A DNA stretch of 64,000 bases, taken from Elusimicrobiota bacterium. Its GTDB lineage: Bacteria; Elusimicrobiota; Elusimicrobia; F11. The position numbers were made by a program, and so were the translations under genes. The notes beneath the pieces were generated by a model. That model had not been told where the DNA came from. It was given only the letters and a program-made list of their open reading frames with translations, and ran no database searches. Every line of letters begins with the position of its first letter. The stretch's first letter is position 1. Where the stretch lies: positions 160,001 through 224,000 of the forward strand of contig JBGAON010000002.1 of assembly GCA_044221725.1 (NCBI GenBank), written 5' to 3'. Of the stretch, positions 55,274 through 64,000 are shown in pieces.

Positions 55274-55977
55274 AGTTAAGCGTTATCGTCCCCTGCTTCA
55301 ACGAAGAGGCGAATCTGCGCCGGTTTCCGCTTGAGCTCTTCGATCCGCTTCGAAAGACCGGATTTGCATTTGAAGTAATCCTCATCGACGATGGCTCGAC
55401 CGACGAAAGTTACGGGACAATGCGCGAGCTGCAATCCGCGAACGACTTCATCAGAATTTGTCAGCACGCCGAGAACCGGGGACTTGGCGCCAGTGTTCGA
55501 ACCGGCATCTCGAACTCATCGGGTGACGCAATTTTGACTCTCGATGCGGATCTTACGTTTCACCCGCGCGATTTTTCGCAAGTGTTCGCGGCGTTCACAA
55601 ACGATGTGGATTGCGTGATGGGGTCCCCGTTCCTCGGGAAAATGAAAGGTGTCTCTGCGTTTCGGCGGTTGCTCAGTTGGGGCGTCAATTTTATTTACCG
55701 CGTGTTGTTGGGGAAGCCGTTCACGGCGGTCAGTTCAATTTTTCGACTGTACCGCGCGTCTGCGATTAAAGCGCTTCATTTGACCTGTGATTCGTTTGAT
55801 ATCAATGCGGAAATTCTTCTGAAGTTGCTGGCATCGAACGCGCGCGTTGTGGAGGTTCCGGTCACACTGGAACGCCGCATGTACGGTGTGTCAAAAATTA
55901 ATACGGTGCGCGAAATTAAAAATCATCTAAAAATGTTCATGCGAATTCTTTTATGGAAAACAAAAAACCAAAAGTAA
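55270..55977 (+). CDS. Glycosyltransferase family 2 (probable CTG start)
   Basis: [26 protein letters not shown]; the domain starts at the CTGA overlap with the ugd stop. Confidence 0.85.
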   Translation: MKLSVIVPCFNEEANLRRFPLELFDPLRKTGFAFEVILIDDGSTDESYGTMRELQSANDFIRICQHAENRGLGASVRTGISNSSGDAILTLDADLTFHPRDFSQVFAAFTNDVDCVMGSPFLGKMKGVSAFRRLLSWGVNFIYRVLLGKPFTAVSSIFRLYRASAIKALHLTCDSFDINAEILLKLLASNARVVEVPVTLERRMYGVSKINTVREIKNHLKMFMRILLWKTKNQK

Positions 55978-56711
55978 CCGTTGTCATGCCCGCCTACAAC
56001 GCGGAGAAAACACTGGAACGCACGCTGGCCGATATTCCCGCCGGTTCGTGCGATGACATTATCCTCGTCGATGATTGTTCAAAAGACGGCACCGTGGAAC
56101 TCGCAAAGAAGCTCGGTATATTTACCATCCGCCATGAAAAAAACCTCGGCTACGGTGGAAATCAAAAGACCTGTTACGCGGCCGCTCTTGAGCGCGGCGC
56201 CGATATTGTGGTGATGCTTCACCCCGATTTTCAGTACGACGCGCGTCTCATTCCTTACATGACCGGGCTTATTCGCGATAACGTTTGCGATGTTATTCTT
56301 GGAAGCCGTATTCGCACGCGTCGGGAATGTCTGAAAGGCGGAATGCCGTTCTACAAGTATTTGAACAACCGCATTCTCACGTTGACCGAAAATCTTGTTT
56401 TTGGCATCGCGGTATCCGAAACACACACCGGTTACCGTGCGTACAGCCGAAAGGTCTTGGAAGCCATTCCGTTCAAGAAAAATTCGAACGATTTTGTGTT
56501 TGATCAGCACGCGATCGCCCAGATCGTGCATTTCGGTTTTCGCATCGGTGAAATTCCGGTGCCCACGCGCTATTTTAAAGAGGCGTCCTCGATAAGTTTC
56601 CGTCGCAGCGTCGTCTACGGTATCTCGACCTTATGGACCTTAGCTCGCTACGTGATGCATAAAATTGGCCTCACGTACGCGATTCTCGTGCCCGACGCGA
56701 GACGTGCCTAA
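55953..56711 (+). CDS. Glycosyltransferase family 2
   Basis: [40 protein letters not shown]. Confidence 0.92.
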   Translation: MENKKPKVTVVMPAYNAEKTLERTLADIPAGSCDDIILVDDCSKDGTVELAKKLGIFTIRHEKNLGYGGNQKTCYAAALERGADIVVMLHPDFQYDARLIPYMTGLIRDNVCDVILGSRIRTRRECLKGGMPFYKYLNNRILTLTENLVFGIAVSETHTGYRAYSRKVLEAIPFKKNSNDFVFDQHAIAQIVHFGFRIGEIPVPTRYFKEASSISFRRSVVYGISTLWTLARYVMHKIGLTYAILVPDARRA

Positions 56712-57819
56712 CTCTTCTCGAATCCTTTTCGTCATCACCGATTCCGGCACCGGCGGAACGGAGAAAGTTCTCTTCTCGCTGCTTAAAAATTTGCCCCGCG
56801 ACCGCTTTTCGATCGCGGCGGTCGTCGTGCTTAAACAAAAGCGAGAAATGGCCGTTCAATGGGAAAATCTGGGCGTGCCCGTTGTTTCGCTCGGAATGAA
56901 GCGCTGGCCGACACCACGCATTATCATGGGATTGCGCAAAGCCATTCGTGATTTCCAACCCGATGTTGTTCACGCGCTGCTATTTCATTCCATCCAAACG
57001 GCGCGGCTGGTTCGCGCAATGGACAATTCGTTTGCGCTCATTTCCTCACCGCGCGTCAATTACCGATTTGCTCCGCGCATGGCGTTGTGGCTCGATTCAA
57101 TCTTGAAACGCGAAGACACGCTTACGTTGTGCGAAAGCGAAGCCGGACGAGGGGGGCTCATCGAGCAACACGGCTATATTCCTGACCGCGTCACCGTTGC
57201 GGTCACGTCGGTGGATCCGCAGCGTTTCCGTTTTGATGCCGACGCGCGCGCGCGACTGCGGCACGAATGGGGTGTTTCGTCGGACACCGTCGTTGTTGGA
57301 TCGGTCGGTCGGCTTCATCCGCAGAAAGGATTTGATGTGTTCATTGATGCGTTGACTCAGCTGAGCGGGATAAAAGGCAATTTTAAAGCGGTCTTGGTGG
57401 GAGAAGGCCCCGAAGACGCCGCGCTAAAGCAGCTTGCTTTCGAAAAGGGTGTGTCCATGCTTTTTGCTGGCAAACGAACGGATGTGCCCGATTTGCTTTC
57501 CGCGTTTGATGTGTACGTGCAGAGTTCGCGTTACGAGGGATTATCAAACGCATTGCTCGAAGCCATGAGCGTGGGATGCGCGTGCGTGGCAACCGCGGTC
57601 GACGGTACGATGGATTTTGCCGAAGATGGAAAAAATGTGCTGTTGGTCCCACCGAACGATCCGCTGCGCTTGGCCGTCGCGATTGGAACACTGATTGAGA
57701 AACCGGCGTTGCGGGGCCAACTGGCCGAGAATGCTAAGATCACGGCCTCAAAATTTTCTCTCGATCGAATGATTCGAGAATTCGGAGACGCTTACGACCA
57801 TGTCCGTTCCCTTCATTGA
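56704..57819 (+). CDS. Glycosyltransferase family 4
   Basis: [24 protein letters not shown]. Confidence 0.9.
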   Translation: MPNSSRILFVITDSGTGGTEKVLFSLLKNLPRDRFSIAAVVVLKQKREMAVQWENLGVPVVSLGMKRWPTPRIIMGLRKAIRDFQPDVVHALLFHSIQTARLVRAMDNSFALISSPRVNYRFAPRMALWLDSILKREDTLTLCESEAGRGGLIEQHGYIPDRVTVAVTSVDPQRFRFDADARARLRHEWGVSSDTVVVGSVGRLHPQKGFDVFIDALTQLSGIKGNFKAVLVGEGPEDAALKQLAFEKGVSMLFAGKRTDVPDLLSAFDVYVQSSRYEGLSNALLEAMSVGCACVATAVDGTMDFAEDGKNVLLVPPNDPLRLAVAIGTLIEKPALRGQLAENAKITASKFSLDRMIREFGDAYDHVRSLH

Positions 57820-58915
57820 TGTCCGTGTAAAAAATCCGGAGATGCGCGCACGCATCGACACGGTGCTCGCGAAACTCATCGACGACGCTTCCTATATTGG
57901 CGGCAATGAAGTCCAGAAATTTTCCGAAGAATTTGGCGCATTCTGCGGCGGGGGAAAATGCGTGACGGTGGCCAACGGCACCGACGCGCTGATTCTTGCT
58001 CTGAAAGCGCTTGGCGTTGGTCCGGGCGACGAGGTCATCACGGTACCGTTTACGTTTATTGCGACCGCGGAGGCGATTACGCATGTGGGCGCGTCCGTTC
58101 GATTTGTCGACATCCATCCGAAGAGTTACACAATGGATCCGAACGAGCTGAAGCGCGCGATCACGTCGAAAACAAAAGCCATCATTCCGGTCCATTTGTT
58201 TGGCCAACCCGCCGACATGGATCCGATAATGGACATCGCTCGCGTGCACAAAGCCGCGGTGATTGAAGACGCCGCGCAGGCCCACGGCGCCGAATACAAA
58301 GGAAAACGCGTCGGTACGTTGGGTGATATTGCGTGCTTTAGTTTTTACCCAACAAAAAATCTCGGAGCGATGGGAGATGGCGGGGCCATCGTCACGCGTT
58401 CCGAAGACCTAGCGGCAAAGGTCGCGCGACTTGCCGATCACGGTCGGGCGGACCGCTACTTTCATACGGTCGAAGGTTTTAACAGTCGGCTCGACGCTTT
58501 TCAAGCCGCCATCCTACGCATCAAATTGGAGCAATTGGACAACGCAAACGCGCGTCGGCGAGAGATCGCCGAGGCCTATAATAAGGAGCTACGAAAACAC
58601 TCATTTGCGACGCCGCCCGTCGTAGAGGCGTATGCCAAGCACGTTTTTCACATTTATTCGGTGGAAAGTTCTCAGCGTGATCTGTTTATGCAGCATCTCA
58701 AGGATCGAAATATTGGCTGCGGCGTCTATTATCCGATTCCGCTCCATCTTCAGCCGGCGTACGCGCGGCTCAAACTTTTGAAGGGGGCGTTCCCGGTGAG
58801 CGAGCACTTGGCCGACCGAATCCTTGGTTTGCCGATGTTTCCGGATATGACGGCAGCGGATATTGAAACGGTCTGCGCTGCAATCCGGTCGTTTTCTCCA
58901 GCCGTTTTGCATTAA
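57800..58915 (+). CDS. DegT/DnrJ/EryC1/StrS aminotransferase
   Basis: NGTDAL, VHLFGQ, EDAAQAHG, SFYPTKNLGA.GDGG, NSRLD. Confidence 0.93.
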   Translation: MSVPFIDVRVKNPEMRARIDTVLAKLIDDASYIGGNEVQKFSEEFGAFCGGGKCVTVANGTDALILALKALGVGPGDEVITVPFTFIATAEAITHVGASVRFVDIHPKSYTMDPNELKRAITSKTKAIIPVHLFGQPADMDPIMDIARVHKAAVIEDAAQAHGAEYKGKRVGTLGDIACFSFYPTKNLGAMGDGGAIVTRSEDLAAKVARLADHGRADRYFHTVEGFNSRLDAFQAAILRIKLEQLDNANARRREIAEAYNKELRKHSFATPPVVEAYAKHVFHIYSVESSQRDLFMQHLKDRNIGCGVYYPIPLHLQPAYARLKLLKGAFPVSEHLADRILGLPMFPDMTAADIETVCAAIRSFSPAVLH

Positions 58916-58931
58916 TAAAAAAAGTTAGACG

Positions 58932-58982
58932 TTGACGCTGTCGCGTTTCGGGTGTATATATCGTTTAGAACATTCTAAACGA
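58932..58982 (+). promoter_or_regulatory. Sigma70-type promoter plus palindromic operator
   Basis: TTGACG (58932-37), 17-bp spacer, TATATA (58955-60), immediately followed by the perfect inverted repeat TCGTTTAGAA-CA-TTCTAAACGA (58961-82). Confidence 0.7.
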
Positions 58983-58992
58983 GAGGAACTCT

Positions 58993-59475
58993 ATGACACC
59001 GACTTCCACCACCAACCAAATTGAATTTGCGCGGTTTGCCGGAGAATTGGCAGAGTCGCTCAGTTTCAATCGCTCCATTGGCCAGATTTTCGGCCTTTTG
59101 TACTTGGCCTCCGAACCACTCTCTCTTAGTGACATATCCCAGCGCTTGTCGATGAGCAAAGGAAACGCCAGCATCAATCTGCGCTACTTGGAGTCGTGGG
59201 GAGCTGTTCGGCCGGTAGCAACAGGAACACGTCGCGATCATTACCAAGCCAATACAAATCTTAAAGAGATCATCTTGCGGCGCGTCGAAGAAGGAATATC
59301 ACGCCGTCTCGACCATGCCGAAGAGCGCCTCGCACAAATTATTTCGAACGAAGATAATTCCGCGTCGTTGGATCCGCAGGCGAAAAAGAAGATTCAAGAT
59401 TTGAAAAGTCTCCTGAGCGGCGGCCGAAAGGCGCTGAAATTGCTGCCGACCGCACTGAAATTCCTTCCGAAATAA
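58993..59475 (+). CDS. GbsR/MarR-family transcriptional regulator
   Basis: NRSIGQIFGLLYL..PLSL.DI..L.MSKGNAS.NLR.LE.WG.VR. Confidence 0.88.
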   Translation: MTPTSTTNQIEFARFAGELAESLSFNRSIGQIFGLLYLASEPLSLSDISQRLSMSKGNASINLRYLESWGAVRPVATGTRRDHYQANTNLKEIILRRVEEGISRRLDHAEERLAQIISNEDNSASLDPQAKKKIQDLKSLLSGGRKALKLLPTALKFLPK

Positions 59476-59476
59476 A

Positions 59477-61231
59477 ATGTGTGGAATCGCCGGCATCGTT
59501 CATTACGGACGTTCCGAATCGGTCTCCAGAGATGTCCTTGCGCGCATGAACGATGCGATGACCCATCGCGGTCCCGATGACGCCGGCGTTTTCGTGGATG
59601 GCAATGTCGGTCTCGCGATGCGCCGTTTGTCCATCATCGATGTGGCCGGCGGCCACCAGCCGATGAAAAGCGACGATGCCAACCACACGATTGTGTTCAA
59701 CGGAGAGATCTACAATTTCCAACAATTGCGCGACGATTTGCGCGCGAAAGGACATTCTTTTCAATCGTCGTCGGATACCGAAGTTTTGCTGCGCCTGTAC
59801 GCGCAATACGGAAACGACTGCGTTCATCACTTGCGCGGTATGTTTGCGTTCGCGATTTGGGACAAGCGCGCCGAAAAATTGTTCGTGGCGCGGGACCGGT
59901 TTGGAAAAAAACCGTTCGTGTATCAAATCTCGGATGGTCGTTTCGCGTTTGCATCGGAACTGCAGGCGCTCGTTACCTTGCCGTGGGTGTCCAAGGAAAT
60001 TGATCTGGAAGCGGTCGATCTGTACCTGTCCTTGCAATACATTCCGAGTCCGTGGTCCATCTATAGATCTGTCCGGAAATTACCGCCGGCGCACACGTTA
60101 ACGCTCGAGAAGGGGAAATTCCGAGTGGAGCGGTACTGGGCGCCGCCGACGGACGGAAAAAAACTTTCACTGTCGCTCGCTGAAGCCGAATTCAAAATTG
60201 TTGAGTTGTTAAAAGAATCCACGCGGTTGCGTATGATTTCCGATGTTCCGCTGGGCGCGTTTCTGTCGGGCGGTTTGGATTCGACGTGCATCGTTGGGAT
60301 CATGAGTCAGCTAACCGATAAACCCGTGAAAACATTTTCCATTGGATTCGAAGAAGACGAATTTTCCGAATTGCCCTATGCGCGACAAGCGGCCCACGCG
60401 TTTGGTACGGATCACACGGAGTTCATTGTAAAGCCGGACATGGCCGACGTTTTACCGAAGCTCGCGCAGCATTACGGCGAGCCTTTTGGCGATTGTTCGG
60501 CCTTCGCGACCTACTTTTTGGCTCGCGAAACGCGTCGCAAAGTGACGGTGGCTCTCAACGGCGACGGCGGCGACGAAAATTTCGCCGGTTACCGGCGTTA
60601 CGTGCCGATGAAATGGGATTTTCTTGCGTCGGCCAAGCTGTACCTGAATTTCATTGGAATTTTTAAAACCCATCAGAAAGAATCTCTGTACAAAAAAGAA
60701 ATTAAGGAAGTGATTCGGCCGAATCTTGCCGCCGGCTACTTTGATTCCTTTCTTCAAAAGTCGAACGGACTCGACCGTGTGAACCGATGGTTGAATCTTG
60801 ATTTGCAAACCTACTTGCCGGAATGTCTGATGACCAAAGTGGACATCGCGACGATGGCGAATTCATTGGAGGGACGCTCTCCGCTGCTGGATCATGTGTT
60901 CGTGGAATTTGTGGCTCGGCTGCGCGGCGACTGGAAACTGAAAGGCCTCACGCAAAGCAAATGGATTTTCAAGCGCGCGTTTCAGAATTTAATTCCTCGG
61001 CCGCTATTGGCGCGCAAGAAGATGGGTTTCGGGATTCCACTAAAGACCTGGTTTCAAAAAGATCTGAAAAATTTGTGGAGCGAGGCCGTGTTGTCATCGG
61101 AGTCTCTCAGTCAACGCTTTTTTAATCGCTCGGCGCTCGAGCAAATGTTTCGCGAGCACGTGGAAAACAAAAAAGATCACGGCTACCGGTTGTGGAATCT
61201 GTTGATGCTGGAATATTGGCGCAGCGCATGA
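59477..61231 (+). CDS. asnB: Asparagine synthase (glutamine-hydrolysing)-like amidotransferase
   Basis: [52 protein letters not shown]. Confidence 0.92.
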   Translation: MCGIAGIVHYGRSESVSRDVLARMNDAMTHRGPDDAGVFVDGNVGLAMRRLSIIDVAGGHQPMKSDDANHTIVFNGEIYNFQQLRDDLRAKGHSFQSSSDTEVLLRLYAQYGNDCVHHLRGMFAFAIWDKRAEKLFVARDRFGKKPFVYQISDGRFAFASELQALVTLPWVSKEIDLEAVDLYLSLQYIPSPWSIYRSVRKLPPAHTLTLEKGKFRVERYWAPPTDGKKLSLSLAEAEFKIVELLKESTRLRMISDVPLGAFLSGGLDSTCIVGIMSQLTDKPVKTFSIGFEEDEFSELPYARQAAHAFGTDHTEFIVKPDMADVLPKLAQHYGEPFGDCSAFATYFLARETRRKVTVALNGDGGDENFAGYRRYVPMKWDFLASAKLYLNFIGIFKTHQKESLYKKEIKEVIRPNLAAGYFDSFLQKSNGLDRVNRWLNLDLQTYLPECLMTKVDIATMANSLEGRSPLLDHVFVEFVARLRGDWKLKGLTQSKWIFKRAFQNLIPRPLLARKKMGFGIPLKTWFQKDLKNLWSEAVLSSESLSQRFFNRSALEQMFREHVENKKDHGYRLWNLLMLEYWRSA

Positions 61232-61923
61232 AGATCGCCACGATTGTACAAGCCCGCATGTCGTCCAAGAGGTTGCCGGGAAAGAGTTTGACGCTCATTG
61301 AAGGGAAACCAATCCTCCAATACGTTGTCGAGAAGGTGGCGCACAGCGTGCAGCGAGCGGAAGTAATCGTTGCTACCTCCTCGCAACCCGAAGACGATCC
61401 CATTCAGGCGTTCTGCACGAAAGAAAATGTGCGGTGCCACCGAGGGCCGCTCGAGGATGTTGCGCTACGGTTTAAACAGATCGTCGAGTCGTACGGACTG
61501 ACGGCGTTTGTTCGTGTTAGCGGGGATAGCCCGTTGATTGATCCGGGTGTTATTGACGAAGCGATTCGCTTGTTCCAATCCGGCCCGTGGGATCTTGCGT
61601 CGAATATTGTTGTGCGCACGTTTCCGAAAGGACAGTCGGTCGAAGTTGTTCGCTCGGCCGCATTCTTGAAAGCCTATCCGAAAATGACCGACCCCTCCGA
61701 TAGGGAACACGTGACACCATTTTTTTATCGGCACGCGACCGATTTTCATATTGCGGAATTTCGTTCCGATCAAAATTGCGGGGCCGTGAACCTCTCGGTT
61801 GATACGGCGGATGATCTCCGAAATGTAGAAGAAATCATCCGCTCAATGTCGCGGCCGCACTGGACCTACGGGTGGAAGGAAATCCTTGATAGGAGCAATT
61901 CGCTTCGCAGGAAGACCGCGTGA
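61228..61923 (+). CDS. SpsF-like sugar cytidylyltransferase
   Basis: IVQARMSS.RLPGK, DV..RF, R..GD.P..DP, REHVTP, SVDT. Confidence 0.88.
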   Translation: MKIATIVQARMSSKRLPGKSLTLIEGKPILQYVVEKVAHSVQRAEVIVATSSQPEDDPIQAFCTKENVRCHRGPLEDVALRFKQIVESYGLTAFVRVSGDSPLIDPGVIDEAIRLFQSGPWDLASNIVVRTFPKGQSVEVVRSAAFLKAYPKMTDPSDREHVTPFFYRHATDFHIAEFRSDQNCGAVNLSVDTADDLRNVEEIIRSMSRPHWTYGWKEILDRSNSLRRKTA

Positions 61924-62942
61924 AAAACCGAACGCCTGGACCTTTGCGAGTGGGAATTATTGGCCTTGGTGTCGGCGAACAACATATTGCGGGTTTCAAT
62001 CGCAGCCCCGGTTGTGTGGTGAGGTCGGTGTGCGATGTGTCCGATGAGAAGATCGCTATGGCGCGCGCCAAATATCCAACGATAAAAGTCACAAATAATC
62101 CGGATGATATTCTCGGGGACACGGAGATCGACATCGTATCCGTCGCGTCGTTTGATGAAGCGCATTTTGTTCAGATAAAGAAAGCTTTCGCCCATAACAA
62201 GCATGTGTTCGTTGAAAAGCCGGTTTGTCGAACGCTGGAGGAAATCGCAGCGGTCAAGGAAATGTGGGAAAAGAATCGCGGTCGTTTGAAAATTTCGTCC
62301 AATTTGATTTTGCGCGCGGCACCGCTCTACAAGTGGCTGCGCAGAGAGATCGAATTGGGAACGTTCGGGAAAATCTATTCGTTTGATGCCGATTATCTTT
62401 ATGGCCGCATCGAGAAAATTACGAACGGTTGGAGAAAAAATACGCCGTTCTACTCCGTTATGCTCGGAGGCGGAATCCATATGATCGATTTGATGTTGTG
62501 GCTCACAAACGAGCGGCCTGTGAAAATTTATGGTCTCGGAAACAAGTTTTGCACGAAAGGAACCGCGTTCAAACCGAACGACTTCTCGTCCGCCACGATG
62601 CGTTTTCGGTCATCCATGGTCGGCCGCATCACGGCCAACTTTGGATGCGTTCACCGGCACCATCACGCGATGCGTATTTTCGGAACCAAGCGCACATTCA
62701 TTTACGACGACGCGGGGCCGCGATGGCACGTGACGCGGGATCCGTCGCGCGTGGCCGAGCCGATTTCGGAAAATCCGCTTCCCGGGGCGAAAGGCGATCT
62801 TATTCCTGATTTTGTTGCGTCGATTGTTGAGAGCCGAAACACAAACAAAGAAACGCAGATGATGTTCGACGGTCTTTCGATTGCCGGTGCTTGCGACCGT
62901 TCCATCAAATCCAAAAAAGAGGAGCTCATTCGATACCTATGA
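61920..62942 (+). CDS. Gfo/Idh/MocA family oxidoreductase
   Basis: GIIGLG.G, KHVFVEKP, GGIH.ID. Confidence 0.9.
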   Translation: MKNRTPGPLRVGIIGLGVGEQHIAGFNRSPGCVVRSVCDVSDEKIAMARAKYPTIKVTNNPDDILGDTEIDIVSVASFDEAHFVQIKKAFAHNKHVFVEKPVCRTLEEIAAVKEMWEKNRGRLKISSNLILRAAPLYKWLRREIELGTFGKIYSFDADYLYGRIEKITNGWRKNTPFYSVMLGGGIHMIDLMLWLTNERPVKIYGLGNKFCTKGTAFKPNDFSSATMRFRSSMVGRITANFGCVHRHHHAMRIFGTKRTFIYDDAGPRWHVTRDPSRVAEPISENPLPGAKGDLIPDFVASIVESRNTNKETQMMFDGLSIAGACDRSIKSKKEELIRYL

Positions 62943-64000
62943 CGACACGTTCAATTCCTTTTGGCCGGCCGTGGATCACGGACGCCGAAAAACAAGCGGT
63001 GCTGCGGATTCTCAGCGGCGATATTTTGACGCACGGTCCCGAAAACAAACAGTTCGAATCCGATTTTTCAAACTTTGTTGGCGATGGGGCGCACTGCATT
63101 GCGGTGAGCTCCGGAATGGCCGCGCTGCACCTGTCGTATTTGCAAATGGGAATCGGGCCCGGTGACGAAGTAATTGCGCCGGCGTCCACGCACACGGCCA
63201 CCGCGCACGCGATTGAAATGGTGGGAGCGCGGCCCGTGTTTGTCGATTGCGATCCGCGCACCGGGAATATCGATCCGGCTCTTTTGGAAAAGGCGCTCAC
63301 GCCGAAAACAAAAGCGCTCACGCTCGTCCACTTCCTTGGCATTCCATGCGACATGGAGAAAATTATGGATTTCGCGAATCACCACAAACTCAAGGTCGTG
63401 GAAGATTGCGCGCTGGCCATTGGCTCGCGCTTTAAAAAGAAGCACGTGGGTTTGTTCGGTGTGTCCGGATGTTTTTCGTTTTATCCGGTGAAACAAATCA
63501 CGACCGGCGAGGGCGGAATGTTCATCACGGCGCACAAAGATGTGGCCGACCGCGTGCAAAAGCTTCGTGCCTTTGGCGTGGATCGCAGTTTCGCCGAACG
63601 CACAATGCCCGGTATGTACGACGTGATCACACTGGGTCTTAATTACCGCATGAGCGATATCAACGCGGCCATCGGTCGCGTGCAAGTGCAGCGGTTGCCG
63701 GAGATCATGAAGCGCCGCCGGGAAAACTTTGAACGGCTGAAAAAAGCCGTTTCTAAAGCCAGTTCCATCCGCGTGCTGGACAGTCAATCGGCGGACGCTA
63801 TGAATAGTCATTACTGCATGAGCGTCGTCTTCGAGGGAAAACTCGTTGGGCGCCGCTTGGAGATTGTAAACAAGCTCAAGGAAATGGGGGTTGGTACCAG
63901 CGTTTATTACCCGCAGCCGGTTCCGCGCATGTCGTATTACAAAAACAAATATGGATACGACCCCAAACGCTTTCCCAACGCCGAGGCGATCAGTGACCAT
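62939..64000 (+). CDS. DegT/DnrJ/EryC1/StrS aminotransferase (3'-truncated by the window edge)
   Basis: Not in the ORF track. I translated it from ATG 62939: MTTRSIPFGRPWI..VSSGMAALHL..EDCALA..FSFYPVKQITTGEGG..LGLNYRMSD. Confidence 0.9.
   Translation, partial: MTTRSIPFGRPWITDAEKQAVLRILSGDILTHGPENKQFESDFSNFVGDGAHCIAVSSGMAALHLSYLQMGIGPGDEVIAPASTHTATAHAIEMVGARPVFVDCDPRTGNIDPALLEKALTPKTKALTLVHFLGIPCDMEKIMDFANHHKLKVVEDCALAIGSRFKKKHVGLFGVSGCFSFYPVKQITTGEGGMFITAHKDVADRVQKLRAFGVDRSFAERTMPGMYDVITLGLNYRMSDINAAIGRVQVQRLPEIMKRRRENFERLKKAVSKASSIRVLDSQSADAMNSHYCMSVVFEGKLVGRRLEIVNKLKEMGVGTSVYYPQPVPRMSYYKNKYGYDPKRFPNAEAISDH

Noticed and set aside
13047..61227. Extended N-termini in the ORF track (13047, 14492, 27363, 28924, 40086, 50640, 51563, 55084, 56665, 61192)
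   Set aside because: They overlap upstream genes extensively; downstream starts at stop/start overlaps match the domain boundaries better.
63068..64000. 310-aa minus-strand ORF
   Set aside because: Antisense to the clear DegT-family gene starting at 62939.

Overview
Bacterial chromosomal window, mostly housekeeping genes on the + strand, from a diderm (it has an LptD-like gene). The gene complement suggests Elusimicrobiota, but that is inference only. Gene order: a CpXC-domain gene, a tRNA nucleotidyltransferase, scpAB, galT-glgA, DUF5693-csaB, an ftsX-like gene, envC-like, ctpA, tsaD, a kinase/response regulator/coiled-coil unit, trxA-tlpA, polA-rhomboid-coaE-rho. A ~30 kb co-directional run follows: rpmE-prfA-prmC-murA-hisDBHAFI-trpEGDCFBA-accD-folC-ROK-lptD and a surface-polysaccharide cluster. 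The four minus-strand genes are the unusual part. (i) Two paralogous large membrane proteins (<1-2729, which the ORF track omits, and 30363-33866) share a signal peptide, a TraB/Tiki/EreA/ChaN-like extracytoplasmic domain and a degenerate CPBP/Abi-like TM bundle, but have different cytoplasmic tails (tandem GGDEF in one). They are a candidate undescribed modular receptor family. (ii) A ~1580-aa coiled coil containing 29-residue repeats. (iii) A secreted orphan. The first receptor gene carries two palindromic DNA elements in frame, with relatives in intergenic positions elsewhere in the window. Other oddities are a Pol I steric-gate E->D substitution, an FtsX lacking the FtsE-coupling region and with no ftsE next to it, and a phased PmrA-like box array. 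I saw no rRNA, tRNA, CRISPR array or transposase.
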